DNA of 57,806 nucleotides, filler included, from Diploschistes diacapsis (lineage: Eukaryota): the NCBI GenBank assembly GCA_023645945.1. It is 6 parts of 6 records of this genome, joined end to end, with 100 filler letters (N's around TTAATTAATTAA, not from the genome) between each part and the next. Parts side by side here need not be neighbours in the genome. Positions count along the whole stretch, not along the records: positions 38,620 to 48,165 come from JALAIB010001028.1; positions 48,266 to 57,806 come from JALAIB010001029.1; 4 more parts are not named here. One strand, 5' to 3'. Positions 46,187-55,627 of the stretch are shown one piece after another (within the stretch, counting starts at the first letter, position 1; each line of letters begins with the position of its first letter). A model generated the notes under the pieces. That model saw nothing but the letters and a program-made list of their open reading frames with translations. It did not search any database and had not been told where the DNA came from. The translations under genes and the position numbers were made by a program.

Positions 46187-48165
46187 ATGAACAACCAAGC
46201 TGCTGGTCCTTCACTCGCTTGGGCCGGAGCCTTACCACCTGACGTGGAAACAACAAGACCCGCAGACGAGGTGGTAAGCCTTCCTTCGATACAGGCAGAC
46301 GTGCTGGGCTCAAGCCGCGATGGCCTGCAAGCTGACAAGTCTTACAATCTCCGTGGCCGCCATCACTATAGCATCCAAGGGCACACTAGGTTCAACCTCG
46401 GTCGATCGGGCAAAAAGCCAACCATTGCAAGAGATTGGCCAACTTCGAGAAAAAGACTTGTAGCTGCAATAGCCTGCACGAATGCTGCTCTGATAGGACT
46501 CGTGCTTGGTATCTATGCAGGTGAAGTTCCAGCTCTGCAGTACGCAATCATTGACGAGAATCACTATACCATATTGGGCAACTTCTTCTTTTTCATCGGG
46601 CTAGCGATACCCACGCTTTTCTTGTACTCTCTGCCTATCCTATACGGCAGAAAGCCATACACGCTGCTGGCCTTGGCAATCATGCTCCCTCTCCAGTTCC
46701 CACCAGCAATCATTGTCTCACAGCAACGGAGTGGTCCAGATGCTGCTGCTACAACGGGATTACTCCTAACGCGATTCCTGTCCGGCTTCGCGATGGGCTT
46801 CGCCAACATGAACTCTCTGTGTATCTTGCTGGACCTATTCGGTTCGTCTTTGATGAGCGGAAACCCTCACCAGGAGATCGTCATACAATACGATCCCCGA
46901 CGACACGGCAGCGGCATGGGCATTTGGCTCGGAATTTGGACCTGGTGTTTCCTCGGTTCAATAGGCGTAGGCTTTCTAGTCGGCGCCTGCATCATCAGTG
47001 GCACCAATGTTGCCTGGGGCTTCTGGCTCATGGTAATCATGTCCGCCTGTGTCCTCTTCCTCAATATTGCCACCCCGGAGACCCGCAAAGCGCCCTTTCG
47101 ACGCTCCATGGCCGAAGTCCAGATGCCCAACAACGAGGTCTCTCGACGTGTCGCCCGTGGTGAGATCAAGATGCATCTCTACTCCACCGGGCCTAAGCAC
47201 TGGTGGGAGGAAGTCAGCGCCAGCCTTGTGCTAAATTTCCGCATGATCAAGCAACCAGGCTTCCTCATTCTCGCCCTCTACCAAGGCTGGATGTACGGCC
47301 AATTTGTCATCGTGATCATCCTCCTTGGTGCTCTCGCATCGCGCGACTACTACCTCTACCCACAGCTCGTTGGCCTCTGCGTCGCGTCCCTCCCGCTCGG
47401 TGCATTAGCCGCCATACCCTTCGAGAAAGCGTCTTTCTTCAGCCGCGCCCGCCACCACCCGCCCAGGACAGACAGTATGACGTTCGAGAAGCGCTTCACG
47501 TGGACCTCGCACCTGGCTCGCCGCGCAATCTTCATGCTCCTCCTCCCCTTCGCCGGTCTCGGATACACTCTCGCCTCCGCCGGCCCGCCCATCCACATCG
47601 CCGTGCCCTGCGTTTTCGCTGGCCTCATCGGATTCCTCTCCAACCTCGCCCTCTCCGAAACAACGGGCCTCATCATGGAAACCTTCGACACGTCGGACCT
47701 GCAGCCCGGCATGACGGGCCGCCGGCGCAGCGTGGTCCCCACCCGCGACGTCGAGAAGCGCACCAACTACTCCTGCTACCCACGCGTGACGGCCGGCCTG
47801 ATGATTTCCCAGGCCATCGGGTTCTGCACCGCGGCCGGTGCGACCGCCACGGGCGGATACGTCGTGCGGGGCATCGGCGCGCAGGCCGCGACGGGGATCA
47901 TGGCGGGCGTGCTGCTGGTGCTGACGGTGCTGCTGACTGCGGCGGTGACGCGCTACAAGACGGTGCAGGTGGTGCCGAGCAATAGGGTGTCCACCAAGAT
48001 CCTGTCGGGGCCGGGCGACGAGTGGATGCCGGTTATCATTGGAAACCCGTCGGGGACGACGAGGAGGATTAGCTTGCTGGAGGAAGGGGGGATGACGAGG
48101 TGGACCGAGATAAGGAGGAGGAATAGGTTGCTTGCGGCGGATGGGGTGGGCTTGACGGGGGAGAA
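46187..48165 (+). CDS. Major facilitator superfamily transporter (fungal polyamine/drug-transporter-like), 3'-truncated
   Basis: About 12 hydrophobic segments in two blocks; YGRKP loop, LLTRFLSGFAMG, PET motif after TM6. Confidence 0.88.
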
Positions 48166-48265
48166 NNNNNNNNNNNNNNNNNNNNNNNNNNNNNNNNNNN
48201 NNNNNNNNNTTAATTAATTAANNNNNNNNNNNNNNNNNNNNNNNNNNNNNNNNNNNNNNNNNNNN
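48166..48265. other. Artificial contig spacer
   Basis: N44-TTAATTAATTAA-N44. Confidence 0.99.
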
Positions 48266-50442
48266 CCTTTCTCCCTTCCCACCGGCACCACGCGTCCCTC
48301 CCCCACCGCGCGGCAACGTTATGAACCCATGCCTTCTCCTTCACCCATGCCCGTTCTGCCGCAGGTCCCATTTGCCACATGTCGCCGTTCTGCCCGCTTG
48401 ACGAGGTGGGGCCGTTCTTCTGCGGCGCAGGTCGACACGACGGCGGGCGTGGCCTGCGCGAGGCAGGGGATTCATCCAGCAGAATGTTGTTTTTGGTGCG
48501 CGAAATTCAGCTGCTTCGTGTTGCGCGACGACTGGCCGCGTGGATCCGCGGGGTTGGTGGGGGAAGAAGAATGAAGTCGCAGCCGCGGAAGGCGGCCATC
48601 CAGAAGCGGTCGAGGTGGAAGAACTTCGAGGCGGAATGGATCTCGGGAGACATTTGCTCGAGGAAGCTGGAGACTGGCGCTTCGTCGTACGAGGCTGCCA
48701 AGCTTGTGGTGAGCCGGAGACCGAAGCTCCAGGGCTGGCGAGCAGCCGGCTTTGCCGGTCAGGATAGTATAACGCGTCAAACCCTTTTTTTCTGTGTGGG
48801 ACCGTAGATAATGTACCATTTCAGTCGCTCGGATTCGATACTGGTTTGCAGCCTGTAGCTTCGCTCGCTCCCAGTCTCGAGGTCAATGCGCTTCAGTGTG
48901 TCGACGAAGACACCGTATCCGGCGGACGATATCCAGCACGGGATGCTCTTATACTCTTGCTCGGAGGAAGTGCCGCCGTTCTCGTTCCAGATCTTGACGC
49001 TTTGACCGACCTTGTTGAAAGCCCGAAGCGCTCCCTAAGCCCGCGGATGAACTCGCCAATGCCAAGTTTGATCTGGGTGAAGAGCGAAGTGCTTCAGATT
49101 CCGCATGTCTTCTGTAGCCTTGGTGTTGATGGATGGAGGAGAGTGCGCCCGACACTCCGGTCTCGGAACGAGGTAACTTCCCTGCCATCACTGTCATTGA
49201 AGGATGTTCCAAAGGTATGAGGATCGGAGGAAACCGTTGCGCTCAAGGACCTAAACTCTAATATCGTGCCGCTCTCGACGTTATGGACAACACCTTCGTT
49301 GGACGGCCGCCCATCTGGGTACAGTTCGAAGTCGGAACCTTGCCGACGAGCACCCTTCCAGTATGTAACCTCAAGAGAAATGACCCCATCAGGGTAACTT
49401 CGAGGTCGATATTGAGGGTGCTGTGATTGAGTGTGCCTCCGCGGGAATGGATCTTCCTGGTCGGGCACAGTAGACTCAAGGCTTTCCTGTCCTCAGGAGA
49501 ATCGACACTGTAGACTTCTTCGGCATACTCCACTCTTTTATCCGGGGCAATGACCCACATTCCGGTGTGTCATCACAAGCGCTTTGTCCAAATCCAATGC
49601 AGGCACTTGCCATGGCGGAATTTCATCTTGCTTCCTTGGTACTGCTGGGATCTTATCATGACTCCTCGTCTCCAAAGAAGAGGAGCTGGAAGAGGGGCAA
49701 TCATGCTTGCAGCTTTGGTTTCGGGACATCGTCCCTCATATAGGTATGGCTTCCTGCACGTACGGAAAGCGACTTCTCCACATGGTGACGTATCATGAGC
49801 TGGGGAGATGGCGCTTAGCTGCATCTTGTCTTCACATCCGCCGCAGGGCTTTTCTTTCCAGCAGAAGTTTGTTTCTTTCATGTATGCATTTGGAACCATA
49901 GCTGGGATGCTGGAGATATCATGGCACATCCGTGCCATTGCCAACACGAGGTGGCAACCCTCTTCCATGATGTCCTTGGAGAGAAAATGAACATGCTTAC
50001 TTCTTCAGAATGGAGGATTCACGCAGGGGATGGGGAAAGCTGGTTACGCTTGATGGGTCAAACAATCAGAGTTCCACCGGGGGCTTGCGGTCGCAAACTT
50101 ATGGCATTTGTTAGATCGTCGTGCGCAAACCATTGCACAGGCAAACAAGCATTCGCTGATTTTCATTGGTTTGCGCAGTTATCAGCATAGTAGGTAAAGT
50201 AGTTCGTTCTTTTGTGACTGCAACGTTGAAAAAGCGGCGAGCGCTAAGCTACATTCTCTGATTGGCTGCCTTACTTAGCAAACAGGTCGGCTGAGCAGTG
50301 TTAAATTTCTCACTAGATCGAATCGGGAGTAGTGCAAGGCTACAGGGCTTAGCGGAGCCTTGTAAAAAGCTACAAAACAGATGATTGGCTGCCCCATAAA
50401 TATGATAGGCTGGCAGAAACCGCGCCAGAAAAACAGAAAAAC

Positions 50443-50480
50443 GAAATAATATTAATTAATAAATTAGTTAATATTATTTC
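50443..50480. repeat. AT-rich near-perfect palindrome (18-bp arms, 2-nt loop, one mismatch)
   Basis: GAAATAATATTAATTAAT-AA-ATTAGTTAATATTATTTC. Confidence 0.85.
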
Positions 50481-50680
50481 TTGTCTTGGCATCGCCAGTA
50501 AAAAGTATAAATATCTGCTTACGTGTAATACTCTTTTCGCTTAAGTTCGATTGATACCCACCCCCCCCCTCTACAAGTGAGTTGCACCTTCTCCTCAAAG
50601 TTGCACCCACTTGTAGTTATAACCACAACGGTATCTGACATGGCTGTGTATATAGTTTCCTCCATTACAGCAGCTCCGTT

Positions 50681-52849
50681 ATGGAGGGTAAATCCTGTGC
50701 TGCCGATCTTTACTTGAAAATCCATCTTACTGCTCCCAACAAGCCCCTCGTTGACTGTGGTATCCATTACATCTGCACTGTGAAGTGTCCTCCTCGAGAA
50801 ACCCTTGGATTGGAGCAATGCTGTCGCAGTGTACCACGCGTTCGCGATGCCATCGCCGAAGCCTGGAAGAAAATCCCCCTCCCCAAAAAGACAGAAGAAG
50901 TCATCATGGGCATGTTTGCCCATGCTGCCCGTGAGATTGATGAAGAAGTTCGACTTCCAAGCGCCAGTTCCTCGTCGAACTCTGCATCGGGCGAATCGCG
51001 TTGTAAACCAACTGGAGCTTCCCACTCGTCCAAATGTAGAGATTGCCGTGGTATAGAGGACCTAATCTCAGGCACCGACCTTACGAGGAAAGATGGCTAC
51101 TCGAGAGTGTCACAGAGAGTTACTATTACCATACTATCACGCCTTACGAACATCGCCGAGTCTCGGATCATTGAGGAGCTTGGCAAACTCAAATCCCAAC
51201 AGGAAGTGCCTTATAATGCTTCGGCAGCGCCCGATCAGTATCGTGCACGGACAGCAACTGCACCATTGAGTGGCTTTCCGAGACTTTCACTTGGTGCGGA
51301 AGAACTACCGGTCGAAGCTCAGAAATCCCCAACCTTCTCGGCTCCAAAAGTCGACCCGACAGGCATAACCCACAGCGATCTTATCAGACGTCTAAATGAT
51401 CCAAGATCAGAAATCGGAGCACGAGTAAGGGCGATAACCCGATCCGTGGTCGATGAAGCGATGCGCTCGAGTGGAAGGAGCTTGCCTATGTCTTCTGTTT
51501 TGACCGAACAGGACGAGGCTGCTTTGTTTAGCCAAACTGCGGACCGAATGAACTCGGGAGCCATTACTAGGGACAGTCTAAGCCCCGAACGACGAGATGC
51601 CATAGTAGAACTGCCCACGCCAGTCATTCAGCCAAGGCCCCACGATAATGCAATCAATGCAGCAGGTACAAGCGGTCAGCTCGATTTGGCGCTACGCCTG
51701 CCATTTACAGAAGATGATCTACCTGAGTCTGCTCAGAAGTCTCAGAAGGAAGCCAATTACGGCACGATGTTTGGTAATACTAAGCGCCAACAGAGGCATT
51801 ACTCTATCGAATCAGGTAATCAAGATGATGTTGACCGAATGGATATTGACTACGATAACGACACCGTCGAGTTATCCGATAAGCCGACAGGAAGGATAAT
51901 CGCCAAGTTTGATCGAGTCGAAGTAACTCGTAGAAGACGTGCTCCAAACCCTGAGGGGACTTTCGATCAACTGGTTGAAAATGAACAACTGTCGAGTCCG
52001 CAGAGCAATAGCGCCCAGAGCGAGGAAAGCGAGCATATGTGGCCTGACACTGACACAGACGAGGATGGGCAACCGATCATACCGCGTATGCGGAATACGT
52101 CTTCGAGCCCGGCAGCAAAAAGGTCGAAGCTGTTTTCCGCATCCACGACGCCGTCCTTGCGAAGTTCGACTTCTGGGCAAAGGGCGTCAGACCGCTTCAT
52201 GGATGCCTTTAATAGATGGAGTTTAGAGCAATCCAGCACAAGCCCTACAACCGCTACATACGTCACTCCGTCCTCTGCGAACCCCTCGCCGAAGATCAGG
52301 TCCTCTGCGATAGGTACTCACAAGAGATCCACCACCAAGAATATCTCTTTCAACAAAGACAAACCAAAGCCAGACAAAGCTCTACGCTCGGCCTCCTCAA
52401 ACAAGCGAGCCGCGTCAGCCTCGAGCAAGAGCCCACAAACAGCCAGTCTCCCCTCAGAGCGACCCGTCGCTCCGCAGACCCCGCACAACCAGAGGGCTCC
52501 GGTAGCGCCGAGGACGATGACGACCAGCGGCCGAGAGTCCCGCGAAGTAAATGCCGAGGACGTCGACATCGCCAAAGTGTCGCGAGACGCCGACAAAATC
52601 ATCACGCACAAATACACGAAGAAGAACTTTATCAAGTACAAACTACAATGGAAACCTGATCATCCGGGCTGGAAACCGGCGGTGAGCTGGGTGCCGGCCA
52701 GCAAATTCCGCGAGGATCGCCATTTCATCGAGGACTACAAGCGGCAGGGGGGTTTCACCCAGCAGGACAAGCAACTGAAGGCGAGCGCGAAGGCAGATAG
52801 GACCTTTAACAAGACGAAAGAGCTCAAAAACCCGAGGAATAGGTTGTGA
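50681..52849 (+). CDS. Hypothetical protein with Cys-rich N-terminus, disordered middle and C-terminal chromo-like domain
   Basis: 722-aa uninterrupted ORF; ADKIITHKYTKKNFIKYKLQWK...SWVPASKF..DRHFIEDY follows the chromodomain pattern (vEkIl.hr....YlvkW....tWeP..nl....i..y). Confidence 0.75.
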   Translation: MEGKSCAADLYLKIHLTAPNKPLVDCGIHYICTVKCPPRETLGLEQCCRSVPRVRDAIAEAWKKIPLPKKTEEVIMGMFAHAAREIDEEVRLPSASSSSNSASGESRCKPTGASHSSKCRDCRGIEDLISGTDLTRKDGYSRVSQRVTITILSRLTNIAESRIIEELGKLKSQQEVPYNASAAPDQYRARTATAPLSGFPRLSLGAEELPVEAQKSPTFSAPKVDPTGITHSDLIRRLNDPRSEIGARVRAITRSVVDEAMRSSGRSLPMSSVLTEQDEAALFSQTADRMNSGAITRDSLSPERRDAIVELPTPVIQPRPHDNAINAAGTSGQLDLALRLPFTEDDLPESAQKSQKEANYGTMFGNTKRQQRHYSIESGNQDDVDRMDIDYDNDTVELSDKPTGRIIAKFDRVEVTRRRRAPNPEGTFDQLVENEQLSSPQSNSAQSEESEHMWPDTDTDEDGQPIIPRMRNTSSSPAAKRSKLFSASTTPSLRSSTSGQRASDRFMDAFNRWSLEQSSTSPTTATYVTPSSANPSPKIRSSAIGTHKRSTTKNISFNKDKPKPDKALRSASSNKRAASASSKSPQTASLPSERPVAPQTPHNQRAPVAPRTMTTSGRESREVNAEDVDIAKVSRDADKIITHKYTKKNFIKYKLQWKPDHPGWKPAVSWVPASKFREDRHFIEDYKRQGGFTQQDKQLKASAKADRTFNKTKELKNPRNRL

Positions 52850-54255
52850 TGGCTCCTTGTTCGGTCATCGGATGTTGAATGTCGGAATATAAACATGAAC
52901 TGCTGCTTGCTAAGAGGTGCGCATCTTTTGGCGTAGTGGTTTAGTTCAACATTGAACAATCGATGAGCAAAATGGCGATGAACATGGCATTCGGCCCCAT
53001 GACCATTTTACGACTTGTGGCACTCTTCCCGTTCTTCAACGATGACGCAGCGCAGCACTCGGGCGCACATCGCACTTTATGTCCGAGATCCCTACAAACC
53101 CGCAGCGCAGCTGCGATATCGGAATATTGGCTTCAGTCTTGGGGTCTTTGAAACGTTCTCAAGCGTGCAAGACACGATTCTCATGTTAAACCATACTCAA
53201 CTGAAAGCGGCATTCTTCTTCCACTTCTATTTCCGCAACTTCTATTTTGGATTTCCATTTCAGCGATCCCTTTGCCGAGACGGAGTTACCGGAGCTTAAC
53301 CAAGGAACAAAGGAACATCGGCCTTATTGATTTCTCAGTTTTCGGACTCGACTTGCTATTTGGGAGTTTACATCATAACGGGACTGAGGCTTTTGGCCTA
53401 TGAGATCGGTCGCCAATCGAGATTTGGCTCTGCGGACAAGAACCAAAATACTGCGAATTTGAACCTCGGTTTCAGAATACCCATTTTGGACAAATATGTT
53501 TTCACCAACGGCACTTGGCTAAGAACCGGCTTTTATGGAATTAACGGTCTTTACGGAATTAAAGGTGAGAACAGGCTATTTTGGGAAACTATTTTGGCAA
53601 ACAACGAATTACGAGATTACGGATTCGGGATCATTCTTCTATTAGCTAATGTTAGGGTAATATGGGTAGGGCAGCAGACGATGAGATGGCATGGCACTTT
53701 CCGTAGCAGTAACGTAACACATTCGAAGAAGAGAAGAACCATCTAGAAAGGAAGCATGTTCTAAATACATGCGTTGGGCACCAAGCGGGCGGTCCGTGTG
53801 CCCCTTTAATGACCCTTCCTCCGGTGCTACACTCGTCATGCAGTTAATCCACCGGTGCTATACCAAGTTAGGGGCCACCATATGCTAACAGCTGAGCAAC
53901 AGAATGCAAAAAAGAGAGTTATTTTTTCGATGGGAAAAAGTTTCTAAACAAATTTGTTTTAAATTCTGTAAAATGTTAATCAATCGTAAAACGATATCAT
54001 CCATCGAGACGTTTTTTTAGCGAACGATTCTTGTTATAATAAAATCTCAACAAGATCTGGCAAGCCGCCCCCCCGAATCATTCTGAATTATTTCGAATTA
54101 TTTTTTTTGTTGTATTATTTTGTATTTGGTAATCGAAATGATAAATAACGTGTTTCACCACACAACGGAACACACCACAAAGCGGAACACAATCCCTGCA
54201 CCTTCGTAAAGTGTATTTCTTAAAGGCCAAAGAACGGGGTAGTGTAATTGAAAAC

Positions 54256-54770
54256 TGTTGAAAGTGGAAGTGTGGTGACTAAATAGGCAAGTAATGACTA
54301 GGGAAATAATGCTAAGTATAATAGTAATGTATTATTATTGTAGGAGGTAGTGAATGAAGATGAAGATAGCGTTAGTAAAGATGGGAGGTGAAAGGTCTTT
54401 TATAGACATATTTTACCTAACTAACGCTTAATGATTAATATATATTTAATCTCCGATAATGTTGGATTTATAATCCAACATCATGCGCTCCATAATCCAA
54501 CATAATAGTGGATCTAATTTCTTCTTATCTTCGTATCCATGGTTTTAGTATTATTAGATTATTAATCCAATACTTGGATTAATGATCTAATGATCTAGAC
54601 CATCTGCAATCCCATTTAGTAGTCTATAACTACTAGTAGGATGTTTGACTATAGTTAGTAGGATGTTCAACAGTTGTTAATGGTGTGTCCTGAAGGGTTA
54701 AAGAACCTTCAGGGTCCTACTAGTGTTAACTAGTCAGATAGACTAACCCATTTAGGTTAATAATCTGACA
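54256..54770 (-). mobile_element. Inverted solo copy of the copia LTR (515 bp)
   Basis: Reverse complement of 55114-55627; TG...CA ends; no internal domain follows and no matching TSD. Confidence 0.92.
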
Positions 54771-55113
54771 TTAAATATAATAATAAAGTTTTTACGAGAA
54801 TAAAATAAGTAACTAACAAGAATAGGAATAAAAAAAGAAAGAGAAAAATAAGAAAATAAAGTCTTTATATTAAACTTACGTTAATAATAAACGATAATAA
54901 CACGTTAATCACGGACGACAATAGGGCATCAATAAAATAAAAATAGAAAGTTTAGAACGAATATACTAAATTATCTAAACTAGCGGTAAACTACAACACC
55001 CTAAAGGCCTATGCTCCAAAAAACTAGACAGAAGATGCTAAATCACCTAAATCGATTATAAATTATAGTACCCTAAAGGCCGATATTCCAATCAAGAAAT
55101 TCTTACGAGTAAA

Positions 55114-55627
55114 TGTCAGATTATTAACCTAAATGGGTTAGTCTATCTGACTAGTTAACACTAGTAGGACCCTGAAGGTTCTTTAACCCTTCAGGACACG
55201 CCATTAACAACTGTTGAACATCCTACTAACTATAATCAAACATCCTACTAGTAGTTATAGACTACTAGGTGGGATTGCAGATGGTCTAGATCATTAGATC
55301 ATTAATCCAAGTATTGGATTAATAATCTAATAATATTAGAACCATGGATACGAGATAGGGGGAAATTAGATTTACTATTATGTTGGATTATGGGGCGTAT
55401 GATGTTGGATTATAAATCCAACATTATCGGAGATTAAATGTATATTAATCATTAGGCGTTAATTAAGTGAAATGTGTCTATAAAAGACTTCTCACCTTTC
55501 ATCTTTATTAACGCTATCTTTATCTTCATTTACTACCTCCTACAATAGTAATATATTATTATTATACTTAGCATTATTTCCCTAGTCATTACTTACCTAT
55601 TTAGTTATCACACTTCCACTTTCAACA
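55114..55627 (+). mobile_element. 5' LTR of the Ty1/copia element (514 bp; inner TGTTGAA...TTCAACA unit 55212-55627)
   Basis: Ends in TTCAACA, immediately followed by GGTTATAAGCCC (RIP variant of the fungal copia GGTTATGAGCCC PBS region) and gag. Confidence 0.9.

Noticed and set aside
47203..47985. 260-aa alternate-frame ORF inside the MFS gene
   Set aside because: GC3-rich codon usage suppresses stops; the R/P/H-rich product is not protein-like.
50583..50591. TGCACCTTC also found at 54197-54205, a possible 9-bp TSD around the chromo gene
   Set aside because: No matching TIR next to the left copy; a 9-mer match within 10 kb can be chance.
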